From NCBI GenBank assembly GCA_000442015.1, contig KE560636.1, forward strand, positions 1 to 64,000: 64,000 nt of DNA. The letters run 5' to 3'. The notes below the pieces were generated by a model. That model was given only the letters and a program-made list of their open reading frames with translations. It made no database searches and was not told where the DNA came from. The stretch is from Rozella allomycis CSF55. Taxonomy: Eukaryota. Positions 41,640 to 52,550 of this stretch are shown here, one piece after another (within the stretch, counting starts at the first letter, position 1; each line of letters opens with the position of its first letter). Both the position numbers and the translations under genes were made by a program.

Positions 41640-42092
41640 ATGAAAACACGGGGTGTTTCCAAAAGAAAAGGAAAGGATGAGCTCTCCATACAATCCACCA
41701 AAAAGCCGAAATCGCGCAAACTACAAGCAAGACTTGTAGAGCTTGAAACAGAACTTAAAGCTAAAAAAGAAAAACTAGAAGAAGCCAAAGTTGAAGAGCT
41801 AGAAGCAAAACTTAAAGCTCTAGAAGAAGAAAACACGAAGCTAGAAGCACAACTTAAAGCTCAAGAAGATCAAGAAGGAATAATAGGTAAAATCATTACA
41901 AAAACTTGTTCTTAGTGAATTTTCATGGATACAAAAAGGATTCTGAATATTTAAAGTATTTGGAAATAGGCAAAAAGTTACGAGACGAGCCCGAATTTAA
42001 GAATGTTGAAGGTTTAATTAATGACATTAACACGACTGATACTATTAACGACGACTTGGCCTTTGTTGTTTTAGCGGCGTCAAGTGGCACTG
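41640..42092 (+). CDS. Coiled-coil plus P-loop NTPase protein, 5' fragment (Crinkler-effector-like), truncated by N
   Basis: Basic N-terminus, heptad repeats, mini-intron near 41887-41914, then LAFVVLAASSGT(G) Walker-A-like start. Confidence 0.5.
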
Positions 42093-43099
42093 NAGTCTTT
42101 CAGATGATTGAACAAAAACATCGGTTAACTTGTCAATGTTACTCATTGCCGTTTTAAACGATGATAATGGGATTGATGGAATAGTTTATTGAGCGGTCGG
42201 AGTGTTAAACATTTCATTTATATTCTTCAAAAGTCCAGATTCGTCATGCGACTCACTAAAATTTACATCAGCTACTGTGTGCGCATTACTCATGCTATCG
42301 GCAAAAATTGTTCCTCCTAACCCTATCAGTTACTGAAAGACAGTTTTCATCATTTCCCAAAGTGAATTTTTCGCGGTAAAGCTTTGTTTCCGGTTTCATT
42401 TTGGGTGCCAAATAATTCTTGTTGAGCTAATGAAGTCTATTTGTCACCTGTTTTGGTGTCAATAATGACCCACGTAAGATTTAAAGCTCTTGTCAAAGTA
42501 ATAAGGTTTGGTTTCTATTGTGTGTGTTTGGAGCTTTTAGAAATACATTTTTGATGTTTGACTCTTCATATCGATTACATACTAGTTCAATGTCCATGTC
42601 TTTAGACCACTCGGCCCTTGGCATTATGTTTTCCTAATATTAAACAAACAGTTTAGTCTTTTTTCGGGTTCCGAATCATCACTATTTTCGGTCTTTCTTT
42701 TTTCATGTACTTCTACCGGGGTTACCGCTTTTACATTTACGCTTTTGCTATTTGGAAAATTTGAAGGCGTCGACGCCGGCTAGTCCTACCAGGCCTTTAA
42801 GGGATTTACATCTTTGACCAGGGGTTTATCAAATAGTTTGTGTGTCTGTGTGTATAAACCATTTTTGCTTCCGAGGCTCCTCAAATTTGGTCTATGAACT
42901 TAGAACACCCAATATACCAAGAAATAGATATAGATGGCGACCGTTTTTACCGAGAGAGGAATATCTGAATTTCAAAATTCTTATAAGGCCTAGTGATATC
43001 AACCAGGGTAGTTGCGTTAACAAAAGGATCAGCTAACCTTCTCCCAATTCTACGTTTTCTATTTTGGTATCAGTAAAATTCTTACCTACCGAAAGGGAG

Positions 43100-43400
43100 C
43101 TTAATCATTATGTTGCGGATGACGCAATGGCAACTGAGACTATGTCGAAGACGAAGAAGACCTTGCCCTGAATGGACACCGCTAAAGCAGTTGAAAACCG
43201 CAGGATGTTCATACCAAAACGTAGAACGAAACTTGTTGCACTAGTTGCCATTCGAAAATGTCAGAGTTGAAGAAATCCCTGAAGCACTTCTAGACAGGGA
43301 TGGAATCATTGTGCCGTGAACTATCCAGTTCAACATGGTGAAAACGCTAATCCCAGTAAAGTTCCTCTACCCATCTTTTGCTCTTAGGAAATAATGCCCG
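43100..43400 (+). pseudogene. Degenerate coding remnant of unknown family
   Basis: Protein-like frame AGCSYQNVERNLLH*LPFENVRVEEIPEALLDRDGIIVP* with in-frame stops. Confidence 0.3.
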
Positions 43401-43750
43401 AGCTTGAATGGACTCTACGCGTACTCATTCCTTCTATTTGCCAGCTTTGGTTAAAGTGCTATCGAACCAAATTAACCCAGTGGGTGGAGTTCTCCACTTT
43501 GGGCCTATTTCGTGAGGCTTCGTATCTGGTTTGGCCCTGAATGACATGGGAATTTATTAATTGCCAAGTTCTTTGTAACCGCTTTCTAGCGTACCAAAAA
43601 CATTTTTGCTACAAATTGGAGCGCTTACGCGTTCTTCTAGTTCTCAACCAATTTAGGTTGAAATAGTCATATACAATTTTCAAAACAGAATTGTTAAAAA
43701 GATTTGCGACACAAATTGTGGCGTAACATAGTCGTAACCCTTGTCAATGA

Positions 43751-44055
43751 TTGTACGTTTTGGAAAACACAAAAAAGAATCTTTATAACTCGTCAGAAGG
43801 ATTGTGGATAAATAAAAGTATTAAAATTGACGTCGTAGGTATTAAGAAGGGCTCTAATGGGCGACGCTGCTCGGAACACGAAGTTTGTCGAGACTCATTG
43901 GAAATAAGATCAATCAAATTCTATAATGTGGGTATACAATAATATTACGCGGTGACTATAAAATTCTTTTAGAATAGAAAAGACACCACGAACACTTGAA
44001 GAAGTTGTTGTTGTGAGAACGGTTGTTGATGGTGCCCCAACATGTAAAAGGGTGC
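43751..44055 (+). pseudogene. Remnant of an uncharacterised Cys/His-motif family (IDVVGI...GRRCSEHEVC...DGAPTCK)
   Basis: Motif pieces in broken frames; ends at the left TIR of the Mutator-like element. Confidence 0.4.
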
Positions 44056-44199
44056 CGGTAAAAAAGCATTTTATTTTGGAAAAAAGAAAAAGGAATAGTA
44101 TAAAAAAACATTTATTATTTTTACCCGATTTATGTGCAAAATGCGTAATGAAAAAATGGAAAAGGAATCGCCGTTGTTAGAAAACTTGAAAATTGAAAA

Positions 44200-44690
44200 T
44201 AGAGGACAATAATAAATAGTAACGTAGAGGGAAGTTTGATATTAAAAATAGAGAAGGAAAAACGGTAAACATTAAAAATAAAGAAGGAAAGAGGGAAGGA
44301 AGAGAGGAAAGAGGTAAAAACAAAAATAGGTTAATATTGAAAATAGAGAAGGAAAAGAGTTAAATATTAAAAATAGAGAAGGAAAAGAGTTAAATATTAA
44401 GAATAGAGAAGAAAAAGGGAAAAACAAAAAGATGTATTAAGAATAGAAAGGAATGTGGTAAACATTAAAAATAAAGATAGAAAAAGGGAAAGACGGAAAG
44501 AGGGAAAGAAGGACAGAGGGAAAGAAGGAAAGAGAGAAAGAAGAGAGAAAGAGTGAAAGAGTGAAAGAATGACAGAGGGAAGGAAGGAAAAAAGGAAGGA
44601 AGGAAAGAGGGAAAGAGGGAAAGAAGGTAAAGACATATACAGATGGAGAGAAGTAAAATTACGGAAAGATAATGGTAACAACAAAATGTG
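44200..44690 (+). repeat. Purine-rich low-complexity subterminal tract including 29-bp repeats AAAATAGAGAAGGAAAAGAGTTAAATATT
   Basis: Seen directly in sequence. Confidence 0.8.
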
Positions 44691-44707
44691 AAAATATTGA
44701 ATGCTTT

Positions 44708-46654
44708 TTATTGAGGGCGTTTATGTGGACGCCCTCTGTTAACCTGTTTCGGTGAGGCAGATGTTTTTCTGGTTTCAGCCTGCTTTACAAACCTTCCTAT
44801 GCGTGGAATATTTTCAATAAAAAAATTGCCTTTTTCACATACAATTATTATATGTTTGCAAACAGCATAAGCCAGGAAGCGCAAACAAGAACAATGCACC
44901 GGCTTTAGAGATACAATGTATGTTCGTTTTGAGTCGTTATTGCGCGACAATTTAAACACTTCATTTTTCCCTATCTTAATTAATAAATATAACAACCTCG
45001 TTGCCGCTGTATCGTGTAATGTTGAAATTCTTTTCTCGCGGCGGCTTCAACATTCCTTCTTCCTTCATCCGTAGCATAGCTTCGTAAGAATGGACGACTT
45101 TCACACTGACAGTAATCATGGATAACAATAACAAGCGTTTCCAAAGTATGTTTGAGACCTTGTCTTTTCCTGTTAACATATCGTTTCAGTCTTTCATTAA
45201 AGGATTCATTAGAGTTATTGGTTCTTGCAACGCCCAAGCGTAAAGATACCAGTTAGTGCTGTTGCCTGTAAACCATTGATCTTCTAGATAAAGCCAAACA
45301 GAGGGTTTGGCTCTAAGAGATTTTTTTAGGGCAAAATAATGTTTCTGCCATTCTTTTTCATTGCGAGTAAAATGAAGATTTCGCATTTGAGTCAATACAA
45401 TTTTTTTTGTAATCTCATCAATTTTCACTATGTAAGAAACAATATAAATTACTTTTGATTGCAAATGTTCTTTCACATTTTTTACCACATGAAACCAACA
45501 CATTAACAAGGTTGGCACATGATCTCCAGTAAAATATTTTCTAATGCTGGAACCTATTTGTGGGGCTGCATCAGCCATTATATAATCAGGTCGAAATGGT
45601 ATCTTTAAAGATTTCTGAATAAAGCTTCCAATGCATGCCATAAAAGAAGATAGTCCGATTCTTTGAAATGTGACTGCAAAGACAACGCTATGGAATGAAA
45701 ATGACCACTTATGTCTGAGATACCTAAAATTATGTAAATATGAAAAAATATTATACCAAACGCAACTACTACGAAATCAATATTAGTAAGTCGCCAAGTT
45801 TCGTCTACATGTAAAATTACTGTTTTTAATAATCGTAAAGATTCCTTGTAGGGCTTTAGCAGTCCCTTGGCAGAAAGGCAAACCATAAAATGGTCATTTT
45901 CAGTGCCCTTTCCAAATGTTACCTCTCCCTCTCCATTTATATAGGCTATAAATCCAATCCGTTGACTCTACGAACATGCCATATCCCATATCAATTGATT
46001 TCAAAATCCTTCTAAAATAATAATTATGTAATAAAAGTATATTTTAACTATCAATTGGCGAAGTTTTTTCTATTTTGTTAAGGGCGATTCAAACCGCTTC
46101 CAAAACTCGGGTAAGAAATAATGTCACGATAACATATCAAAAATTTTGGCCAAAAACCGCAGTTTTGAGCCAGATCGAGAGTTGCAGTATTTGTCAACGG
46201 AAAAAATTATACGCAAATTCTGGAACNCATAAAACAGAATCATCAGGGAAATTTTGATATTCCAAGTCGTTCATGGTATTGATGTTTTTAGTTCCGCCAG
46301 TAATAATTTGTCTGCAAGTTTCTATTGAGTTGCTATTTTCATCATCTATGTGTAATAAAAAATATATATACCTTGAGTCTTTTTAATGTATTTACGTTTG
46401 TTTATTACTTCTAATTTTGTTGGAAAGTAATCAATGTCCGAAAAATGGGCTTGCAGTTCTCTATATAAATCTTTTGGTTTTGCATCTAAATTTTCTTTTA
46501 TATACGCCAGCTTACGACTTGTAAAGAGTCCTTTACAAACCATAATATCATCACCCTCGGTGGCCGGAAAATGTTTTAAGGAATTTTTTTCAACTTTTAT
46601 TTGGCCACATTTTAGACATGACGTGGCCCTAAATTGCACTTCACATTTGCTTCC
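44708..46654 (-). pseudogene. MULE transposase with SWIM zinc finger, frameshifted
   Basis: LHVDETW, IMADAAPQI, CWFHVVKNV, TNNSNESFNERLK, SWIM CSCLRFLAYAVCKH, N-terminal C..H finger; at least three frame breaks. Confidence 0.88.
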
Positions 46655-46655
46655 N

Positions 46656-46727
46656 TAGTACAAATGTGACGATATTTAGAGAGTGTAAGATTCCTGTTTG
46701 AAATACAATGGCGAGAATTTGTTTTGC
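46656..46727 (-). other. 72-bp contig fragment of a 7TM paralog between two Ns
   Basis: AKQILAIVFQTGILHSLNIVTFVL, a diverged copy of part of 49076-49918. Confidence 0.75.
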
Positions 46728-46728
46728 N

Positions 46729-48038
46729 GCACTGACACCTGCTATTGCCAAAGCCATACATTTGAAAGTGGGACGTCGTCGAGGCTTGGGGAAAGTGTCC
46801 ATCTGGACCTGCTGCGTGTTACTCAGGGGCGGAAATAAGTCTAGCGGGTTTAAATTGTTTGCCAATGCACTTAGTCATGTGGAAAAGACATTCAATGAAG
46901 AGAAAGTCCTCAATTTTTTTTCGACAGAATACTTACAAAAGGCATTATCAATCAAAAATAATAATGAAAACTTAGTAGTGATGGAAGATGAATTGGAGTA
47001 TCTCTTTAAACGATGTGGAGTATTAAATTCATCAGGGTGTGATTCAAAACTTCGTTCAACATTGTTGTCGTTAGCGAATGGAGTTGGGTTTAATAAAAAA
47101 TGTCTTTCAGGAGAAGTGGCGGCAACATCGCCATATATATCAATACATGGATATATACAGCCACATCCATTTATTAAAGCGTTTGCACAATCTTTGAGTA
47201 ATCTTTTGTGTACTTTATGATAGATGACAGCGATGGGTTCTTTAATAGGTTTGTTTTCTTTTTTCCAGAACCCAAGCAGACTACCTTAAAATACCAAATG
47301 ACTCTCAATGAATCACTGTCGGATGTCAGTAATGAGTTGGGACAGCTCTTCATTGCGTTGTATTCCTTTCTGTTTAAAACAAACATAAGTCCGATAGAAG
47401 AATTTAATGAAGCCGCTTTAAATATGGTTCTTGATTTAGACGAAAAATTGACTTTGGCTTTCTTGGATTCATACTATCGACTGGCTGATGAGCGAAAATG
47501 TTATACGGATCATGAAAAGGCGTCCAAAGTATCTAAATCCCGTGATTTCTTATTTGCCTTTATCTTGGTAATTCATTTAGTAGAAACATTTGGTCTGTGC
47601 TTGAACTGCAAAGATTGCACAACGACTCCATTAACAATAACAGTGCGAGACGTTGCTGCAGCTAAATCATTATTAGACATTGTCACTAAAAGCAATGACT
47701 TTCTTATTGATAGCGTGAGAGATTTACCCAGTATTCCAGGTCTTCCAAGGGAAGAACAATCTAAAATGCATAAAGTTATTGTAGCCATGCTAAACTATTT
47801 TCTTAAAGAGTATCAAAACGAAAACATATTCATAAGCAAAACAGCAATGACTAGACAATTTCGAAGGGTTGGATCAGAGGACATTGCACGCATCATTTCT
47901 AAGCTTGCGAACATTGGTTTGTGCAGTGCTTTTAAGAAGTCTGGAAGAGGTAGGGAGTTGGTTGTTGAAGTGAATGGAATCATTGAAACAATTGGAAATT
48001 TCAGTGATTTTGTTAAGGAATTCTCAGAATATCGTTGA
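46729..48038 (+). CDS. DUF3987/YfjI-like AAA+ helicase-type protein with C-terminal winged-helix-like region; 5' end lost at N
   Basis: Variant Walker A LLRGGNKS; Walker B VVMEDEL; RSTLLSLANG; ISIHGYIQP; DGFFNRF; 26-nt intron at 47198-47223. Confidence 0.75.
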
Positions 48039-48468
48039 ACATAGTATAACATAAATTACATTTATTTCCTTAAGCATATTTACATCTTTACAATTACTTC
48101 CTTCCCAAGCTATTATTTTCGAATTAGTAAAAAAATAGTCAAAAGTTATTTTAATTTGCAATTTTTTCCAATTCCCATCTTTCCTTCCTTCCCGGTTCTC
48201 AAAACACTTTTGGGACTTTTCAATTCTCTTTCCCAATTTCCCAACGTTTCTTGCTTTTGATTGTTACAGCAAGCTTTGTACATTTTCATTATTTTATCTT
48301 CATTTTAATATTTGTCCATGTTATTCCTTCCAATTTGTAAACACTTTTGGACATTTTTTGTCATTTTCCTCCTTTCTTGTGCTTAATTACCTGATTCTAT
48401 ATGCATTATTTCCCTATAAAAAACGCAGTGTGTATTTTTCCAAAATAAAATGCGTTTTTACCCTCTTN

Positions 48469-48711
48469 ACAGCTAACAGGCAGAGACTTGCAATCTGTAG
48501 AAGGCACGATATTTAAGAGGAAAGGAACGAATGCACTTACCAAGGATAGAACGTAATGGGCGATTGTGATGTATGTGAGAGGAATCATTTTACCAATTGA
48601 TATTGCCAACGTAACTATCAGAAAGCAAATACCAACAATGAATGATGCGAAAAAGACACCATTCACAAGGCTTACCTGTTGTGTGATCGTTATGACAGTT
48701 TCAAGATCCAT
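48469..48711 (-). CDS. 7TM protein paralog, 5' part, truncated by N
   Basis: MDLETVITITQQVSLVNGVFF...STDCKSLPVSC, highly similar to 49076-49918. Confidence 0.75.
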
Positions 48712-49075
48712 CAGCGGGACAATGCGGAGTATTTCTTTTTTTAGTCCAGGCAGCACAAAAATGGGCACTTAATCTTTCTTAAAGAATTCATTAGTAAATT
48801 TGTAACCGATTTGCACGATCATTGGTTCAAATAACTTAATATAATTAATATGAATGCCTTTTGTTCGGCTGTGAAATGAATTTCAATGACACTAATCTAT
48901 TACAGTATTACGATCTCTAAAATCTCCATCTCTAAGAATATCATAAAAACGTGAATAGTGGCAACATTAATTTATTACTAGGAAATGGGCGCCGAAGCTT
49001 TTATATTAGNTAAAATCTCCAACTCTATAAATATCAAAAAGTGGCAAGAGGGCCAGAGGCAACATTAATTTATTA

Positions 49076-49918
49076 CTAGGAAATGGGCGCCGAAGCTTTT
49101 ATATTTGTAATTTTATGTGCCGTTGATGTGTGCTTTCTCTTGGATTCCAGTTCACTTGAAGTTCCATCTTCTCTTCTCGATTTAATATAAATCAAAAATG
49201 TAATAACATCGGTTAATATTTGAACGATATACACAATCAACACATACATGAGGCCTTCTGGAAATATAAAGAGATTGAGTACAAATGAGGCGACATTAAG
49301 AGTGTGCAGGACTCCTGTCTGAAACACAATAGCGAGAATTTGTTTTGCAAATGTATTGTTGTTTGAATTGCTTAATGTAGATGCGATATTTGATAGCTTC
49401 TTCCATTTCTTCATGTACATTACAATGACATATAGATCTGAAAACAGCAAAACAAATCTTTGAATATAGTTCCATGTTTGATCAATGACGGGTGCACATT
49501 GGAAGGGGACTGGACGGAAGGGGACTACAAAGGAGCAGAAGCAAATACCGAAAATGACGTTTAGGGCAAAGAGCACTTGCGTAGTTTTGACGATTCGATT
49601 GTCATAGTTGTATAGAGCATTTAATCTGAGACCAGAGACATACCAAGCGATGCATTTTGAAATGTAGTAGAATGCGCAGCTAACTGGCAGAGACTTGCAG
49701 TCTGTGGAAGGAAATATGTTTAAAAGAAAAGGAATGAATGCACTGATCAATGAGAGAACGTAATGGACGATTGTGATGTATGTGAGGGGAATCATTTTGC
49801 CGAATGATATTGCGAGAGTGATAATGAGAAGGCAAGTACCAACGACGAATGATGCGAAAAAGACGCCATTAACAAGACTTACTTGTTGTGTGATTGTTAT
49901 GACAGTTTCAAGGTCCAT
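49076..49918 (-). CDS. Intronless seven-transmembrane GPCR-like protein (280 aa)
   Basis: About 7 hydrophobic segments; Cys before TM3 (DC) and in ECL2 (QCAP); LR at the TM3 end; polar C-tail. Confidence 0.75.
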   Translation of the reverse strand: MDLETVITITQQVSLVNGVFFASFVVGTCLLIITLAISFGKMIPLTYITIVHYVLSLISAFIPFLLNIFPSTDCKSLPVSCAFYYISKCIAWYVSGLRLNALYNYDNRIVKTTQVLFALNVIFGICFCSFVVPFRPVPFQCAPVIDQTWNYIQRFVLLFSDLYVIVMYMKKWKKLSNIASTLSNSNNNTFAKQILAIVFQTGVLHTLNVASFVLNLFIFPEGLMYVLIVYIVQILTDVITFLIYIKSRREDGTSSELESKRKHTSTAHKITNIKASAPIS

Positions 49919-50044
49919 GAGCGGATTAATTGCGGAGTATTTCTAATTTTAGCACTGGTTAGAATAAAGAATGAGTATATACAGTATATACGTAATATTT
50001 AATGTCATATCTTAATGTAATATCTTAATGTTAGAGTAAATTAT

Positions 50045-52117
50045 TTATTCATCAATAATCATGACGGTTGAATCATTTGATGTTTCAGTTTGTTTCTTTT
50101 TGAATTCTTCCAATTCTCTTTCGTATCTAATTTTATCTTTTCTAGCTAATTCTTCGTATTTCTATAAAATTGAAGAAAATGAAATTACTTCTTTTTCAGT
50201 TGAAGAGAGGGAAGTCCATTTTTGCCCAACCAATTTACCAACTTCAGTGAAAGAAGCAGAAGGGTTTTCAGCTTTAATTTTAGCTCTCATGTCAGAAACA
50301 AAATAAATGTAAGCACTGAGTGCCTTCTTTGGGCCTTCTTTTTTCTTTTTCTTTTTCTTTTCTTTTTCGCCATCATCTTTTTTCTTTTCAGATTTTGGTT
50401 TTCTTTCTTTTTTGGGTTTTTCTACTTTTGGTTTCTTTTTCTCTTTTTCAGTTTCATTGTTTTCATCTTCTTCATCTTTGTTTTCTTTTTCTTCGCCTTC
50501 TTGTTCAGAGTTTGATTCATATTCAGCGTCGAATTCTTCAGCAACGTCAGATTGACTCTTTGAGCCATCAAAATCTTCATCTTCTAAAACTTAAAGAAAA
50601 TAAAAATTGATACCAGAAGAATCGGATCCTTCAGGGGCTGCAGAGTTTTCAGAGGCACTTTCGTATTCTTCTTGAGCATACCCTGGCACTTCTTCATATT
50701 CCAATGCAGATTTAACTTTAATCTTCTTTTCAATTAAAAATGATTGAAGGGCTGAATATTCTTCTTTTGAAATATTAGAGAATGGATATTCAATTCCAGA
50801 ACGCATTGTAATCTTAAGATCAAAAGATCTCGCAGAAGTGTTTGCACCAACACGTGAGAATTCAACTGAACTAATGTCAGAATGTGGCATGAATATTGTA
50901 GGCTTTGGAATAAACAAAAATGATCTCTCCAATGGATAAAGAGTTCCTTCACTTGCTTTCATTGAACATTTTATTCCTGAAGATGTTGGATAAGATCCTG
51001 GCACCGTAATCTTTTTTTGAGACAAAGTTTTTATTAAAAGTGAAACAATCTCATAAAATGGCCCCTCATATCTATTTCGTAATTTTCCTTCAAATTTTTC
51101 TTGATTCATTTTTTCATCAAAATTTAAATCTTCCAATTCCATCTCATCATCTTTTGCAAATTGAAGAACAAAAAATGGATATCTAGTCTGCCCTTGTCTA
51201 ATCGGTGGATCTAACCCTATCACAAAATTTATATGAATATCATCAGGCTTTGGCAACAAAAATAACTTTACAATGCTAGAATACATAATCTTATAATCAT
51301 AACTCTTGCCTCGCAATCTAAGAAACGTTGGAAACATATCAAACTCATATCTTCCTCTTGGCGTCACGCATTGAATATCTGATATCCTTTCATTACAAAA
51401 CACATCCATCTCTTACGTTACAATCTTCTCTCCTGATTTCGTACTCAATTCCGCCAAACTCTTCAATCTCTTATAAAACACCTAAATTGCTACCCTCACA
51501 ATCATTTTACATCAGCTGCTGCTTCTTCTGTATCTTCATCTATTTGAACCGTCCCTGGAATATAAAACCTTATCTCAGTTAATTGATCTCCCTTTTTATT
51601 CTTGGAACTTTGATGCATTTCAACCGAAATTTCATTCTTTGCTGCCACAACGGCATTCGAGACTTGATCCACGGGAATCTCAAACATAGTCTTTCCCTCA
51701 ACATTAAACGTTATCGCATTCTCTTGAAACTCTGTCTGTCCCCAGTTATACCCCTTCACACTCAACTCTTGAACTTCAAATGGCTTATCATACCACCTCT
51801 TCACAAATTCTTTCATCTCTTCATACGCCTATCTTACACCCTAATCACAATTACATCCCTCGGAAATCCATCAAATTTGTAAATTCCTTCCTCACAAATA
51901 ATTCGGATTTGATAGTCCCTCGCACTGCGCAACCAAACCAATCGCTTCATTTGCGTCAAATCAACTGTTGTTATACTCCCTGAACCAGAATCTTTAAATG
52001 CTAAACCCGATTCTGCAAACTTTATTTTTCCAGACACCTATCTTCTTTTTTCAAAATTATTACTGATCCATCCTTTCCATAATAATACACACCCTCATAG
52101 TCAATCGTATCCACCAT
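50045..52117 (-). CDS. SSRP1: FACT complex subunit SSRP1/Pob3 with C-terminal HMG box
   Basis: LSVKGYNWG, CVTPRGRYEFD, LRLRGKSYDYKI, LDPPIRQGQTRYP; HMG PKKALSAYIYF...FTEVGKLVGQKW. Confidence 0.95.
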
Positions 52118-52159
52118 TTCAACGCGACTTTACAAGGGTTGTTTCCTGAATTTCACAAA

Positions 52160-52519
52160 ATGGAACAGACAAGAACTCACTTATACTCGCAAATGGAACA
52201 CTGTAACATTCTTCAACACATTTTATTTAGTACATTCCAAGTACCACGGCACTGGAAATACAGATATCACCAAATAGTAACACTCTCTCGTATATTAAAT
52301 AGCGAATGGCTAAACACTCAACATAGAGACTCTTTGGCTTCATTTGTCAGTCATCAAAACTTGCTTAGATATTTTTCAATCGCAGAAAACGAAAGTATCG
52401 AAAGAACTCGTCTAAATCTACTCGATAAAATGATTCAACCTTGCGGTCCTCCACCAAAGAAAACACTCGCTCAAGAATTACTTAATTCAGGTATCAAAAA
52501 TGAATCTGCAGATTACTAA
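52160..52519 (+). CDS. SF3B5: Splicing factor SF3b subunit 5 (SF3b10/Ysf3)
   Basis: Spliced translation SQMEHLHSKYHGTGNTDITKYEWLNTQHRDSLASFV...IAENES...KMIQPCGPPP. Confidence 0.92.
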   Translation: MEQTRTHLYSQMEHCNILQHILFSTFQVPRHWKYRYHQIVTLSRILNSEWLNTQHRDSLASFVSHQNLLRYFSIAENESIERTRLNLLDKMIQPCGPPPKKTLAQELLNSGIKNESADY

Positions 52520-52550
52520 CAACGCATAAATCTTTATTGTAAATTTTGAA

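Larger units (their letters stand above)
44057..48462. mobile_element. Mutator-like (MULE) element with 28-bp TIRs, spanning three N joins
   Basis: GGTAAAAAAGCATTTTATTTTGGAAAAA at 44057-44084 and the reverse complement of GGTAAAAACGCATTTTATTTTGGAAAAA at 48435-48462 (27/28 identical); mirror-image purine- and pyrimidine-rich subterminal tracts. Confidence 0.7.

Noticed and set aside
44290-44420. CRISPR-like 29-bp repeats
   Set aside because: Head-to-tail without unique spacers, no cas genes, eukaryotic context
44397-44684. 95-aa hydrophobic F/L/S/P ORF
   Set aside because: Translation of the polypyrimidine strand of a low-complexity tract
50222-50610. Phe-rich ORFs
   Set aside because: Antisense of the Lys/Glu-rich SSRP1 linker
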